Positions 33,525 through 44,963 of a stretch of 62,922 nt of DNA are shown here, piece by piece. The DNA comes from Anaerolineae bacterium (GTDB taxonomy: Bacteria; Chloroflexota; Anaerolineae; J102): NCBI GenBank assembly GCA_026991225.1, contig JALXCB010000080.1:1-62922 (forward strand), written 5' to 3'. The notes beneath the pieces are model-generated. The model ran no database searches and was not told the origin of the DNA. It saw only the letters and a list, made by a program, of their open reading frames with translations. The translations under genes were made by a program, and so were the position numbers. Numbering within the stretch: the stretch's first letter is position 1; each line of letters opens with the position of its first letter.

Positions 33525-33738
33525 GGGTGCGTTTCAATTTGGGGGCAAAAAATCATCGTCGATTCGTCGCCAAGCACTGGCCGAGTAAACTCGAGCTTTT
33601 TGGGCGCTTCGCGCCAGTGGTCGACCTTCGTCGACCTGTTGCATACGGTGAAAATGGACGGCCTCCGCCGTCCACTGGCCGCAGGCCTGAAGCGCCCGAC
33701 TTGAGTCGGCTAGTGCGCCCCATTTTTGAAACGCACCC
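33525..33738. mobile_element. 214-bp GGGTGCGT-TIR MITE with 9-bp TSD
   Basis: Perfect 13-bp TIR GGGTGCGTTTCAA / TTGAAACGCACCC; TSD CACCCGTGC at 33516-33524 and 33739-33747. Confidence 0.92.
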
Positions 33739-34009
33739 CACCCGTGCCGCCTGCTTGGTTGTGGCGCGGCCTTTGTGCTAAAATGCGCATGTCATCATCC
33801 CCTGCAATATCCTGACATCATGCACACGCCATTCATTTTGCTCGTTGGCAAATCGGGCCTGGTTCATGGCCGGTGGGGTTCGGCGGCGAAGGGCGCGATG
33901 GGGGGCTTCCCCCAAAACGCCTGATCTCCTCCGAACCTGTTGACTCGTGCGAAGCGCGATCGTTCCGCCGTCATACCTTGTCCCGATCTTCGTCCAAGGA
34001 GCTTTTCTT

Positions 34010-35788
34010 ATGCCCAAAAACACTCCCCGTTACCTCGTTTGCGTCGCCTGGCCCTACGCCAGCGGCGATCGGCATCTCGGCCACGTGGCCGGAGCCTATC
34101 TCCCTCCCGACATCTTCGCCCGCTACCAGCGTCTGCGCGGCCACGACGTCCTCATGGTCTCCGGCTCCGACACCCACGGCACGCCGGTGATGCTGCGCGC
34201 CCAGGAGGAGGGTGTCACGCCGCAGGAGATCGTGGCCCGCTACCACGGGCGGTTTGTGGAATCCTTCCGGCAGTTAGGATTGAGCTTCGACCTCTTCACC
34301 CACACCGACACCCAAAACCATTGGGACACGACCCACGAACTCTTCCTCAACCATCTCAACAACGGCTATATCTACAAAGACAAACAGCTCCAGCCCTACT
34401 GCCTTATCGATCAGCAATTCCTGGCCGACCGCTATATCGAGGGGACATGTCCCATCTGCGGCTATCCCCACGCCCGCGGCGATCAGTGCGATAACTGCGG
34501 CAACACGCTGGATCCCATCGAACTGATCCACCCCCACTGCAAGATCTGCGGCCAGAGCGAGATCGAATTTCGCGAGACCGAGCACTTCTTCTTCGATTTG
34601 GGCAAAGCCAGTCCTGCGTTGGCCGCATGGCTGAACGAAGACAAGGAGCACTGGCGGCCCCACGTCATCAACTACGCCCGCCAGCAGGCCGAAAGCGGCG
34701 AGCTGCGGGGGCGGGCCGTCACCCGCGATATCGATTGGGGCGTTAACGTGCCCGTGCCGGGCTATGAGGATAAGGTCATCTATGTCTGGTACGATGCGGT
34801 CATCGGCTATCTCAGCGCCACCCGCGAAGCCGTCGCCCTGGATGGCGACCCCGAGGCGTGGAAGGACTGGTGGTTCGATGAGCATGTTCGGTCGTATTAC
34901 TTTATCGGCAAGGACAATATCCCCTTCCACGCCATCTTCTGGCCCGCCATGCTCATTGCAGATGGCCGCGGCATGAATTTGCCGTATGACGTCCCTGCCA
35001 ACGCCTACCTCAACATCGAGGACAAGAAGATCAGCACCAGCCGACGCTGGACGATTGATCTGCCCGACTTCCTCTCCCGCTACGATCCCGATCCCTTGCG
35101 CTACGCCCTGACCATCAACGCGCCCGAAACCCGGGACGTGAACTTCACCTGGGAGGAGTTCGTCCGCCGAAATAACGACGAGCTGGTCGCCACCTGGGGC
35201 AATCTGGTCAACCGCACATTGGGCTTTGCCTACAAGCGCTTCGACAAACAGGTTCCCCAGCCGGGTGAATTCGACGACCTGGACCGGGCGCTGCTCAAAC
35301 AGTCGGAAGAAGCTTTCGCGCGGGTGGGGGCGGAGATCGACGCCGTGCGGCTGAAGATTGCGTTGAGCAAGGCTATGGAGCTGGCCCACGCCGCCAATCG
35401 CTATCTCAACGAGAAGGCTCCCTGGACTCAGATCAAGACCGATCCCCAGGCCGCGGCCACGACCATTTACGTCACCCTCCAGGTCATCGACCGGCTCAAG
35501 ATCATCCTGCATCCCTTCCTGCCCTTCACCACCCAGCAGCTTCATCGCTTCATGGGCTACGAGGATGATCTCTTCGGCGAACTCGTCATCGAGGAGGTGG
35601 AGGACGCCCGCGGCGTGCACAAGGTCCTGCGCTACGACGGCTCGGGCGTGAAAGCCCGCTGGGAGCCTGCGACTCTGCCCCCCGGCCAGTCTCTCCAAAA
35701 GCCCCAAGTCCTCTATAAAAAACTCGACGAGTCAGTTGTCGAAGAAGAGCGAGCCCGGCTGATGGCCCGTCTCGCTCTGAGCGAGTAA
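34010..35788 (+). CDS. metG: Methionine--tRNA ligase (no C-terminal dimerisation domain)
   Basis: AWPYA..HLGH, GSDTHG, two Cys knuckles, [19 protein letters not shown]. Confidence 0.96.
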   Translation: MPKNTPRYLVCVAWPYASGDRHLGHVAGAYLPPDIFARYQRLRGHDVLMVSGSDTHGTPVMLRAQEEGVTPQEIVARYHGRFVESFRQLGLSFDLFTHTDTQNHWDTTHELFLNHLNNGYIYKDKQLQPYCLIDQQFLADRYIEGTCPICGYPHARGDQCDNCGNTLDPIELIHPHCKICGQSEIEFRETEHFFFDLGKASPALAAWLNEDKEHWRPHVINYARQQAESGELRGRAVTRDIDWGVNVPVPGYEDKVIYVWYDAVIGYLSATREAVALDGDPEAWKDWWFDEHVRSYYFIGKDNIPFHAIFWPAMLIADGRGMNLPYDVPANAYLNIEDKKISTSRRWTIDLPDFLSRYDPDPLRYALTINAPETRDVNFTWEEFVRRNNDELVATWGNLVNRTLGFAYKRFDKQVPQPGEFDDLDRALLKQSEEAFARVGAEIDAVRLKIALSKAMELAHAANRYLNEKAPWTQIKTDPQAAATTIYVTLQVIDRLKIILHPFLPFTTQQLHRFMGYEDDLFGELVIEEVEDARGVHKVLRYDGSGVKARWEPATLPPGQSLQKPQVLYKKLDESVVEEERARLMARLALSE

Positions 35789-35902
35789 CTTCTCCCCAGC
35801 CCCAACGCTGGCCATCCATCCTGGTTGGCCAGCGTTTTTCTTTGTGAATCATAAATGGATGCGATAAAAACTGCCGTTGATCCGAAGTTTTTGCTATAAA
35901 TT

Positions 35903-36208
35903 GTAACTGCTAACGCACCCCGGTTAGTAACTGCTAAGGTATCGCCACCACTTTTTGCCACGAAGACACGAAGAAAAGCCAAGGCACGACGTATTTTTCT
36001 TGATTTTTCCTTCGTGTCTTCGAAAAACTTCGAGCCTTCGTGGCTTTTGGCGGCCTAAAGTCAAGTACGTTAGCAGTTACCCCGGTTAACAAACCACAAA
36101 GGACACAAAGGCGCCAAGAACACGAAGAAAAAATGAATAAATTTCCCTTTGTGTCTTAGTGTTCTTAGTGGTTTTTAGATAACGACCGGTGACGACCTTA
36201 GTCGTTGC
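35903..36208. mobile_element. GTAACT-TIR MITE with a second GTAACT MITE nested at 35927..36080
   Basis: Outer TSD TATAAATT (35895-35902, 36209-36216); inner TSD CCCGGTTA (35919-35926, 36081-36088). Confidence 0.92.
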
Positions 36209-36388
36209 TATAAATTGGCTCGCGTTCTTTGTGAATCTTCATAGATAAGCCATTTGTAAGCAATCTCTCACCACCATTTTTGACGCATCAACGGTTTTCC
36301 TTTACAATTGTCCACCATCTATCACTGCCGGATCTGCCGGCGTCGAACTTTTCTCACCCACTCATTCCCGACAGGAGGAGAATTCGAT

Positions 36389-37558
36389 ATGAAACGGAGA
36401 GAATTTCTGAAGGTCGCCACAACTGGCGCTCTGGGCGCAACCGCCCTGGCTCTGGTGGGGTGCGGCACGAAGGAGGAGGCTGCGCCAACAGAGGCCGCCG
36501 TCGCCGGAGAAAAGGAGCAGGAACTGAAGGAGGAAGTGGCCAAAGATCAGGCTCTGCCCGAGCTCAACTGGCAGATGGCGACAAGCTGGCCCGTGGCGCT
36601 GGACACCATCTACGGCGGCGCTCAGACCTTCGCCGAGCGGGTCACGGCCATGACCGGCGGCAAGTTCAAAGTCACCGCCCGCGCCGCGGGCGAGCTCGCT
36701 CCGGGCCTGGAAGTGCTGGATGTCGTTTCTCAGGGCGCGGTGCCTCTGGGGCACACCGCCTCCTACTACTATGTGGGCAAGACCAACGCGGTGGCTTTTG
36801 GCACGGCGTTGCCTTTCGGCCTGCTGGCCAGCCAGCAGAATTCCTGGCTGTACGAAGGCGGCGGGCTTGATCTCATGCAGCAACTTTACAAGGATCGCTT
36901 CAATGTCATCCAATTCCCGGCCGGGAACACGGGCGCACAGATGGGCGGCTGGTTCAACAAGGAGATCAACACGCCCGAAGACCTGAAAGGTCTGAAAATG
37001 CGCATCCCTGGCCTGGGCGGCAAAGTGATGAACAAGCTGGGCGTCACCGTGCAGGTGCTCCCCGGCGGCGAGATCTTCCAGGCCTTGCAGACCAACGCCA
37101 TCGACGCGGCCGAGTGGGTGGGCCCCTATGACGATGAGAAACTCGGCTTCCACAAGGTGGCGAAATACTACTACTATCCCGGCTGGTGGGAGCCCGGCCC
37201 CTCTCTGGAAGTTCAAGTCAATCTGGACGAGTGGAACAAGTTGCCCGAGGTCTATCAGGAGATCATCAAGACCGCGGCCTATCAGGCTAACATGACCATG
37301 CTGGCTCGCTACAACGCCAAGAACAACGAAGCCCTGCAGCGCCTGCTGGATTACGGCATCGAACTGCGTCGCTATAGTGATGAGATTTTGGCCGCTGCGG
37401 AAGCCGCCGCCAATGAACTCTACGACGAATACAAGCAGCAGGACGCGGATTTCAAAGCCATCTTCGAACAGTGGGACGCCTTCCGTCAGCGCATCTGGCA
37501 GTGGAACAGCCTCAACGAAGCCAGTTTCATGGATTACATCGCCACCAAGTTCAAGTAA
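36389..37558 (+). CDS. dctP: TRAP transporter substrate-binding protein (TakP-like, Tat lipoprotein)
   Basis: MKRREFLK Tat motif, LVGC lipobox, [43 protein letters not shown]. Confidence 0.93.
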   Translation: MKRREFLKVATTGALGATALALVGCGTKEEAAPTEAAVAGEKEQELKEEVAKDQALPELNWQMATSWPVALDTIYGGAQTFAERVTAMTGGKFKVTARAAGELAPGLEVLDVVSQGAVPLGHTASYYYVGKTNAVAFGTALPFGLLASQQNSWLYEGGGLDLMQQLYKDRFNVIQFPAGNTGAQMGGWFNKEINTPEDLKGLKMRIPGLGGKVMNKLGVTVQVLPGGEIFQALQTNAIDAAEWVGPYDDEKLGFHKVAKYYYYPGWWEPGPSLEVQVNLDEWNKLPEVYQEIIKTAAYQANMTMLARYNAKNNEALQRLLDYGIELRRYSDEILAAAEAAANELYDEYKQQDADFKAIFEQWDAFRQRIWQWNSLNEASFMDYIATKFK

Positions 37559-37691
37559 ATTGGCGCCAAAAGACCATCGAAGTCCGCCAGACTTCAAAGG
37601 TCTCTTTCGTCGGACGCGACAAGGCCCCGAGACGCACAACCGTCCGGGGCCTTTGTCATGGGCGGCGCTGAAAGACCTTCAAGGTCTGCCA

Positions 37692-39038
37692 CTAATGAGC
37701 CGAGAGATTCACCAGCCAGGTCACCGTCTGCGGGAACAACATGACGATGATCAACCCCACGCCTTGTAGGACCATGAAGGGAAGCGCCCCTTTATGGATG
37801 TCGATAGTCTTCACTTCCGGCGGTGCGACGCTTTGCAAATAGAACAGAGAGAATCCCACGGGCGGGGAGATGAACGCCATATTCAGATTGATGGCCATCA
37901 TCACCGAAAACCACACCAGGTCCACGCCCAGCTCGCGAGCGGCGGGCACCAGCAAGGGCATGGCGATGAAACTGATTTCGATGAATTCCAGGTTGATGCC
38001 CAAAAGGAAGATCGCAATGTTCGCGACGATGATGAAGCCCCAATAGCCGCCGGGCAGGTCCGTGAGCAAGGATTTCACATACTCCTGACCTCCCAGACCA
38101 TCGAACACGATGCTGAAATAGGTGGAAGCGAAGAGGATCATCAACACCAGGGCAGTGATATTAGCCGTGGACCGGGCAGCCTTTTTGACCAAATCCCAGG
38201 TAAGATTACCATTCGCAGCCGTGAGCACGGCCGCGCCGAACGCGCCCACCGCGCCCGCCTCGGTGGGCGTGGCGAAACCGAAGAAGATGGAGCCCAGCAC
38301 GGCGAAGATGAGGATCAACGGGGGAACCACGGCCACCAGCACCCGTCGGAATAGAGCCCAACCCCGATAGGTGCGGGCCTCGGGGGGCAGAGCGGGCGCT
38401 TTTTCAGGACGAAGCCAGGCGACAACCAAAACATACAACGCGTAAAGTCCGGCCAGAATCAAGCCCGGAATCAATGCGCCCATGAACAAGTCGCCCACAC
38501 TGATGCCCACCTGGTCGCTCAACACCACCAGCACCAGGCTTGGGGGCAGCAATTGGGCCAGAGTGCCGGAGGAGATGATGGCTCCGGTAGCCAACTGATG
38601 ATCATACTTGTATTTCACCATGATGGGCAGCGACATCAGCCCCATGACGATGACCGTGGCCGCCACCACGCCCGTAGCCGCAGCCAGCAGCGTGCCCACG
38701 ATGACCACCGTCAGGGCCAGACCGCCGCGCAGGGGGCCCAGAAGAATGCCAATGGTGGTGAGAAGCTGTTCGGCCAGGCCCGATTTTTCGAAGATCGCGC
38801 CCATGAATACGAAGAAAATAATGGCCAGCAAAGTGAAATTATTCATACTCCCAAACCAGCGGCTGGGTAGCAGTTTCAGCAGGTTGGGATTGAAAGCCCC
38901 CAGAGCAATGCCGATGATAGTGAAAATCACCGCAGTGCCGGCAAAGGAAAATGCAACCGGATATCCGACCAGAATCAAAATGAAGAAAAAGACAAACATG
39001 GAAAGGGCGAGCAGGCCCAACAGCGTTGCGGATGCCAT
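37692..39038 (-). CDS. dctM: TRAP transporter large permease
   Basis: [44 protein letters not shown]. Confidence 0.93.
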   Translation of the reverse strand: MASATLLGLLALSMFVFFFILILVGYPVAFSFAGTAVIFTIIGIALGAFNPNLLKLLPSRWFGSMNNFTLLAIIFFVFMGAIFEKSGLAEQLLTTIGILLGPLRGGLALTVVIVGTLLAAATGVVAATVIVMGLMSLPIMVKYKYDHQLATGAIISSGTLAQLLPPSLVLVVLSDQVGISVGDLFMGALIPGLILAGLYALYVLVVAWLRPEKAPALPPEARTYRGWALFRRVLVAVVPPLILIFAVLGSIFFGFATPTEAGAVGAFGAAVLTAANGNLTWDLVKKAARSTANITALVLMILFASTYFSIVFDGLGGQEYVKSLLTDLPGGYWGFIIVANIAIFLLGINLEFIEISFIAMPLLVPAARELGVDLVWFSVMMAINLNMAFISPPVGFSLFYLQSVAPPEVKTIDIHKGALPFMVLQGVGLIIVMLFPQTVTWLVNLSAH

Positions 39039-39071
39039 AATCGTTCTCCCGATGAAAAATAGACTGCAATG

Positions 39072-39213
39072 GTAACTGCTAACGCACTCCGATTAACAAA
39101 CCACAAAGGGCACAAAGGCGCTAAGAATACGAAGAAAAAATGTATCAATTTCCCTTTGTGCCTTTGTGTCTGCGTGTTCTTAGTGATTTTCGGGCGACGA
39201 CCTTAGTAGTTAC
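39072..39213. mobile_element. 142-bp GTAACT-TIR MITE between dctQ and dctM
   Basis: GTAACTGCTAAC / CTTAGTAGTTAC; TSD CTGCAATG at 39064-39071 and 39214-39221. Confidence 0.92.
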
Positions 39214-39225
39214 CTGCAATGAATG

Positions 39226-39825
39226 CTATTCGATGCGCAGGGGCTCTTCGTGTTCCTTCTCCTCGAGTATCTCTTCGGAAACCTTGCCGCGGAGATACCA
39301 CCAATACTTGATCTGTTCCGAAATCGATTGCAGCAGCAAAGTAAAAAAGCCGAAGATGATCATCGACTTGATGGGCGCGCGGGGCAAACCGCTGGGGTCA
39401 GGCGACCACTCCATCGCGCCCCAACTGCCATCGGGCCGCAGCCCCCACGATTGTAGGATCGCGGGCCAGGCGATATAACTGCCCAGAATGAGAAAAGGAA
39501 TGAGAAAGAAGAAGTTGCCGATGAAATCAAGCCACACTTGCCGTCGCTTGGGCCATTGCCCGTAGAGGAAATCCACCCGCACATTGATATCATACTTCAA
39601 AATGTAAGGGAAACTGAAGATAAACACCAACGAATACAAATACCATTGCAACTCGATAATCATGTTCGACGTGAGACGCACGCCGATCATGAATCCCGTA
39701 TACCGTAGCACGACATTCGCAAACCCGATAATCACGACCAAAATCGTGAGCATCTGCGACAGCCACCCCAGCCATTCTGTGAGGCCGTCGATGCTCTTCA
39801 CATACTTCTCAGCGAATGTGGACAC
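39226..39825 (-). CDS. dctQ: TRAP transporter small permease
   Basis: VVLRY, ELQWYL, VRVDFLY, DPSGLPRAPIK; GTG start after GGAGG. Confidence 0.9.
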   Translation of the reverse strand: MSTFAEKYVKSIDGLTEWLGWLSQMLTILVVIIGFANVVLRYTGFMIGVRLTSNMIIELQWYLYSLVFIFSFPYILKYDINVRVDFLYGQWPKRRQVWLDFIGNFFFLIPFLILGSYIAWPAILQSWGLRPDGSWGAMEWSPDPSGLPRAPIKSMIIFGFFTLLLQSISEQIKYWWYLRGKVSEEILEEKEHEEPLRIE

Positions 39826-39861
39826 AAACACCTCCTTAACAAAGCGTTGGGTTGGAGAGAG

Positions 39862-40773
39862 TCAGGCGATGTGAGTTCGGGGCTTGAGTTGATTGAATAG
39901 AAAGGCGATGCCTTGAAACAGCTTTTTGAACAACCAGACAAAGGGGAGAAGCAACAGATCGACGAAGCCGTTGATATAATAAAACAGTTTTCGGAAAACG
40001 TTAAAGACCGGGCCAAAGAGACGCTGCAAGAGAGACGAATGCGCGTATATCACGGATAACGTCAGAATCGCCACCGAGACGCTAAACTTTTGCCAGCTTT
40101 TGAAATCAAATTCATGTCCCATGAGTAACGCAATGTCGGAAATGAGCACCTCGACGCCAATTGCCAGCACCAATAGATAGGCCGCCGTGGAAAGCACGGG
40201 TTCTCTCTCGATGAGAATGGTGAAAATCTGGGCAGCGAACCGCATGATCAAAATGCCGATAGCCACCCCCAGAAAAACCACCCAAAAATCTTTGCTCAAC
40301 GCCACCGCCGCCACCACATTATCCAAACTGAACGCCATATCCGCCAGATTGACCAGCAGCACCACCGTCCAAAATCCTTTCCCCTGCACCCTTTTGGCCA
40401 TCTCCTCGGCCTCTTCTTCCTCCTCCCAGGCCTCATGCGGCGCCCCCAAATGCTCGATGGCAAGCTTGAAAAGATACGCCGCGCCCAGCAGCCGCAGCCA
40501 GGGATTGGCAATGATGAACGTGGCCAGCAACAGCATCAACGCCCGGCCTGCATACGCGCCAATCAACCCCACTGTCAAGGCCGCCTTGCGCTGTGGCCCA
40601 AACACCCGGTCCCCCCACTTCGACATGAAATGCAGCCAATGAGGCCAGGGAATGGGCTCCGTAGCCGGAAGTGGGGCCACCATTGCCCCCAACACCGCGG
40701 CGTTGTCGATAGAGAGAATGCCTTCCAGGAAGATCAACTGCAAAACGATGATGACGACTTCAACGAACGTCAT
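39862..40773 (-). CDS. TerC-family membrane protein
   Basis: LEGILSIDNA, AY..RAL, DMAFSLDNVVAAVA. Confidence 0.9.
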   Translation of the reverse strand: MTFVEVVIIVLQLIFLEGILSIDNAAVLGAMVAPLPATEPIPWPHWLHFMSKWGDRVFGPQRKAALTVGLIGAYAGRALMLLLATFIIANPWLRLLGAAYLFKLAIEHLGAPHEAWEEEEEAEEMAKRVQGKGFWTVVLLVNLADMAFSLDNVVAAVALSKDFWVVFLGVAIGILIMRFAAQIFTILIEREPVLSTAAYLLVLAIGVEVLISDIALLMGHEFDFKSWQKFSVSVAILTLSVIYAHSSLLQRLFGPVFNVFRKLFYYINGFVDLLLLPFVWLFKKLFQGIAFLFNQLKPRTHIA

Positions 40774-40906
40774 GGCTCAGTGTTAGCTTTCTAAGAGGTA
40801 AACAGAAGATTTCGGCGTCGGCTCAAAGACGCGATACAATCTGGAAGCCTGCGCCACAGCAGGAGGGAGGGGGAACCCCCTCCCTGACGACAAAAGCGAA
40901 CGGAAA

Positions 40907-41177
40907 GCAACTGCTATCGTCGCTCTGTTCACTCGACACGGATACGAGGAAACGCGGAAAAATCTTTTTTGAATGACTGTAACTGCTAACGTACCCCGGT
41001 TCACAAACCACAAAGGGCACTAAGGCACCAGGAACACGAAGAAAAAATGTATGAATTTCCCTTTGTGCCTTCAGTGGTTTTCGGGCGACGACCTTAGTAG
41101 TTACGAATGACTTCTCGTTTCCTTCGTATCCTCGTGGCAAAAGAGGGACGATTGGGGCCAACCGCCTTAGCAGTTAC
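40907..41177. mobile_element. Older GTAACT-type MITE with a nested younger copy at 40979..41104
   Basis: Inner TSD GAATGACT (40971-40978, 41105-41112); outer ends GCAACTGCTA / TTAGCAGTTAC with a degenerate TSD (AACGGAAA vs AACAGAAG). Confidence 0.85.
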
Positions 41178-41322
41178 AACAGAAGTCTGACATAGCCTCC
41201 GCGTCCGGCGCAAACCGCTTTTTGTTTTTCCACAGGCGGCCACTATAACATGAAATTCTTCTGTAAGCAATCTTGAAGCCCCATCAAAACGTAGGATTTC
41301 TTCACTTTCCGAGGAGACGCTC

Positions 41323-42426
41323 ATGTCCCATCCCAAGCTCTTCATCCCCGGCCCCACCGAAGTCGCTCCCGAGGTGCTGGAGGCCCAAACCCGCCCTATG
41401 GTCGGGCATCGCAACAAAGACTTCGCCGACCTTTTCTACCACATCCTCCCTCGGCTTAAACAGGTGCTTCTCACCGACCAGCATGTCTACATCACCGCGT
41501 CTTCGGGCACGGGCCTGCAAGAGGCCGCGGTGCGCAACGCCGTGCGCCCGGGCCGCAAAATCCTCAACATGGTCGCGGGCGCGTTCGCCGACCGCTGGAA
41601 TCAGGTGTCCGCCAGCAACGGCAAAGACGCGGTGCGGGTGGACATCGCCTGGGGCCAGCCCATCCGCCCGGAGGACGTGGACGCGGCCCTGGCCGCGGGC
41701 GGCTTCGACGCGGTCACCATCGTCCACAACGAGACCAGCACCGGCGTCATGAGCGACGTGGGCGCCATCGCCCGCCTTGTGCGCGAAAAATACCCCCACG
41801 TCCTCATCCTGGTGGACGCGGTCTCCTCGGCCTCGGGCGTGCGCATCCCCTTCGACGAGTGGGGCCTGGACATGCTCCTTACCTCCAGCCAGAAAGCCTT
41901 CGCCCTGCCCCCGGGCCTCGCCTTCGCCGCGGTCTCCGATCGGATGCTGAAACGGGCGCAGGAGGTCCCCCATCGGGGCTGGTACTTCGACCTGCTCACC
42001 CTGGAGAAATACCTGGCCGCGGGCAAGACCACGCCCGCCACCCCCGCCATCAGCCTGCTTTATGCTCTAGACGTCCAACTCGACCGCATCCTGGCCGAGG
42101 GGCTGGAAAACCGCTGGGCCCGGCACGAAACCAGCATGAAGCTGACCCACGCCTGGGCCCAAAAACAAGGCTTCGAGCTCTTCCCCGCGCCCGGCTACGA
42201 ATCCCGCACCGTCACCTGCGTGCGCAACACCCGCGGCGTCGACGTCCCCGCCATGATCGCGTTCGCCCGCGAGCATGGCATGATCATCGGCAACGGCTAT
42301 GGCGCGCTCAAGAACCAAACCTTCCGCATCGCCCACATGGGCGAACTCGGTCCCGACGACATGCGGATGCTGTTCGACGTGCTTGACGATTTCTGTTCCG
42401 AAAATGGGATTAGGGGACGCAGATGA
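41323..42426 (+). CDS. Class V PLP aminotransferase (alanine/serine--glyoxylate family)
   Basis: LFIPGP, GHR, SSGTG, HNETSTGV, VDAVSS, SSQKAFALPPG, FRIAHMG. Confidence 0.92.
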   Translation: MSHPKLFIPGPTEVAPEVLEAQTRPMVGHRNKDFADLFYHILPRLKQVLLTDQHVYITASSGTGLQEAAVRNAVRPGRKILNMVAGAFADRWNQVSASNGKDAVRVDIAWGQPIRPEDVDAALAAGGFDAVTIVHNETSTGVMSDVGAIARLVREKYPHVLILVDAVSSASGVRIPFDEWGLDMLLTSSQKAFALPPGLAFAAVSDRMLKRAQEVPHRGWYFDLLTLEKYLAAGKTTPATPAISLLYALDVQLDRILAEGLENRWARHETSMKLTHAWAQKQGFELFPAPGYESRTVTCVRNTRGVDVPAMIAFAREHGMIIGNGYGALKNQTFRIAHMGELGPDDMRMLFDVLDDFCSENGIRGRR

Positions 42427-42455
42427 CGCAGATTGAAACGGATGAACGCAGAAAA

Positions 42456-42708
42456 ATGACTATACAGGCATCCAGCAAAATACGCTACCACGAAGGCTCG
42501 ACCCCCCTCCGGCTCTCCCGAGCTACGCTTAGGGGGAGGGGACGAAGACAATGCAGGTTTGCAAGTTTGCAGGTTGCAGGTGGCAAGTCCTTCCGGCTGC
42601 GAGGTTTTTCACCTGCTACTTGCCACCTGCCACCTGCCACTTTTCCTCTTCGCGCCTTCGTGTCGTCGTGGTTTTTGCCTTGCTATGAGAGGATGCGTGT
42701 ATAGCGAC
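42456..42708. mobile_element. MITE-like element with heptamer cargo shared with 5292..5508 and 10981..11210
   Basis: Imperfect TIR TGACTATACAGGCATCC / GGATGCGTGTATAGCGAC; a second left end at 62650. Confidence 0.7.
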
Positions 42709-42732
42709 AAAATCTTTACTCATCGAAAACGC

Positions 42733-44076
42733 ATGATATCTCGAGACAAACCATCTATTCGGCGCTGGTGGCTGATGCTGGGAGCGATCCTCCTCCTGGC
42801 GTTGGCGATTCGCCTGGCGTTCATTTTCATCTTCCCCCAGGCCGAGAACCAGACCGGCGATTCTTTGGAGTTCGATTTGCTGGCCCGGAATCTGCTGGCC
42901 GGCCACGGGTTGAGCTACAAGCCCCCCTGGCCGCCTTCCGCCCGCAAGACTCCCCTCTATCCCTGGCTGCTGGCGCAAACCTACCGGCTCTTTGGTCTGG
43001 GAAACGCGACGCCGCTGTTGGTCTTGCAGGCGGTGGCGGACACGCTGCTGGCGGTGATGTTGGCCTGGCTGGGAGCGTGGGCCTGGCGCGACCGACGCCT
43101 GGGCCTGTTGGCTGCGGGCATGTGGGCCTTGTATCTGCCCGGAGCGCAGCTTTCCGCCCGGCTGTTGGCCGATTCCCTGTTCGCATTCTTGCAGGTGGCC
43201 GGCGCGTTTTTCTTTTTCCTGACCACGCTGAGCCTACAAAGAGGAAGACGCGCGTGGGGCTTCGCCGCGGCGGCTGGTTTGTTGTTGGGGCTGGCCACCC
43301 TCACCCGCCCCACCTCCCTCTATTTCCCCCTGCTTCTGGGGTTGGCTCTGGCAGGCTGGTGGGCATGGTCCCGACGACGCCGGGTGCAGTCCGCTGTGCG
43401 GAACGCCCGCGTCGTTTGGGCGTTCTCGACGCTGATTTTGGTCATGGCGTTGGTGGTCGCGCCCTGGTTCGTGCGCAATTATCGGGCCTTCGGCCAGGTG
43501 GTCATGGGCAGCACGCTGGTGGGATTCAATTTCTTCCAGACCCATTATCGCCTCGACCAGCCCGATTACTGGCGATTGCCCGGCGTGACCCTTTCGTTGC
43601 GGGCTATCCATCAGTTGGCCGATGCACGCGGCCTGGATTTGAACGAAGCGGAGCTCTTTCAATTGGGCATGCGCTATGGGCTGGAAAAGGTCAAAGCCCA
43701 TCCTGGCCGCTTCCTGGCGCTCTCAGGGCTCCGCACCCTGCAACTCTGGTTCAATCTGGGCTTCACATGGCATCCGTCTAAGGCGACGTTGTTTTTCGCA
43801 GCCGTGAATCTGACGCTGCTCCTGATGGCCGTCTGGGCGGAATGGCGGGCCTGGCGACGACGCCAACGGTTGTTTACGCCCGAAGGAGGGTTTCCCCTTC
43901 TCATCCATCTGACCGTCATTCTCATCCTGGCGTATTATACCCTCAGTCATGCCGTGGTCATCGCCGCGGGCCGCTACATCATCCCCGCCATCCCCTTCCT
44001 CATCATCCTCGCCGCGGGTGCGCCATGGTCCTGGATGAAGCCGGCCGAGGTGTCAAAATCCCGGAAAATGATGTAA
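42733..44076 (+). CDS. GT-C membrane glycosyltransferase (ArnT/PMT-2 family)
   Basis: Multi-TM; GD..EF..LARNL..GHG, PLYP, LATLTRP, PWFVRNY, RY..P; start uncertain. Confidence 0.85.
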   Translation: MISRDKPSIRRWWLMLGAILLLALAIRLAFIFIFPQAENQTGDSLEFDLLARNLLAGHGLSYKPPWPPSARKTPLYPWLLAQTYRLFGLGNATPLLVLQAVADTLLAVMLAWLGAWAWRDRRLGLLAAGMWALYLPGAQLSARLLADSLFAFLQVAGAFFFFLTTLSLQRGRRAWGFAAAAGLLLGLATLTRPTSLYFPLLLGLALAGWWAWSRRRRVQSAVRNARVVWAFSTLILVMALVVAPWFVRNYRAFGQVVMGSTLVGFNFFQTHYRLDQPDYWRLPGVTLSLRAIHQLADARGLDLNEAELFQLGMRYGLEKVKAHPGRFLALSGLRTLQLWFNLGFTWHPSKATLFFAAVNLTLLLMAVWAEWRAWRRRQRLFTPEGGFPLLIHLTVILILAYYTLSHAVVIAAGRYIIPAIPFLIILAAGAPWSWMKPAEVSKSRKMM

Positions 44077-44126
44077 AATGGGCATCCATTCCCGGTACGT
44101 CGCACAGGATCTCGCCACTTTCTCCC

Positions 44127-44747
44127 ATGAACGCCGACACGGAATTCACACGCGCCCTGCTGGGCGACCATGTCCTCATCCAACCGCACGCCATTGTAGG
44201 GCTGATTTATCGCGCAGACTGCGGGCCCGCCCGGTTGGGCGATCATGGCGTCGTGCGCGCATTCACCATCATCTACGGCGACGTGACCATTGGCGAAGGG
44301 TTCAAGTCGGGCCATCACGCCCTGATTCGAGAGCACACCCGCATCGGCGATTACGTGCTGGTGGGAACTGCATCCATTCTGGATGGGCATGTGACCGTCG
44401 GCGACTTCGTCAGCATCCAGAGTCAGGTTTACGTCCCCGCCTACACCACCATTGGCAGCTACGTCTTCATTGGCCCGAACGCCACCCTGACCAACGACAA
44501 ATACCCCTTGCGCCAACGGGAATCCATGAAGCTGGAAGGCCCTATCATCGGCGATCACGCCACCATCGGGGCCAACGCCACCCTGCTGCCCGGCGTGCGC
44601 ATCGGCGAGGGCGCGATGGTGGCGGCTGGTGCGGTCGTCACCCGCGATGTGCCGCCGTGGACGCTGGCCGTGGGCGCGCCCGCCCGCATCCAACCTTTGC
44701 CCGAACGTCTTCGCGAACCCAACATTCCCATCTTCGGGCCACGCTGA
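44127..44747 (+). CDS. Hexapeptide-repeat acyltransferase (WbpD-like sugar N-acetyltransferase)
   Basis: FIGPNATLTNDKYP, IGANATLLPGVRIG, GAVVTRDVP, GAPAR. Confidence 0.88.
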   Translation: MNADTEFTRALLGDHVLIQPHAIVGLIYRADCGPARLGDHGVVRAFTIIYGDVTIGEGFKSGHHALIREHTRIGDYVLVGTASILDGHVTVGDFVSIQSQVYVPAYTTIGSYVFIGPNATLTNDKYPLRQRESMKLEGPIIGDHATIGANATLLPGVRIGEGAMVAAGAVVTRDVPPWTLAVGAPARIQPLPERLREPNIPIFGPR

Positions 44748-44963
44748 GGCCCCGTTTGAACATTCCTTCATCCATTTCGATGGCATTTTCACACCGTTTT
44801 CATCCGGGTTTGCTATACTGATTTGGGAACCCGGTAGACCGGTCGCCCCGTCGGACGAAAGGCTGGCATTTTCCGTGCAGGCCGAAAGAATGACGCCCTT
44901 TTACGGATTCGCGATGACATCACCAACCATCCCACATCCATTCACCTTTCCCGAGGTGATCGC

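Noticed and set aside
33877-33937. SAM-I/SAM-III or T-box riboswitch before metG
   Set aside because: The conserved cores are not matched; kept only as an unassigned structured leader
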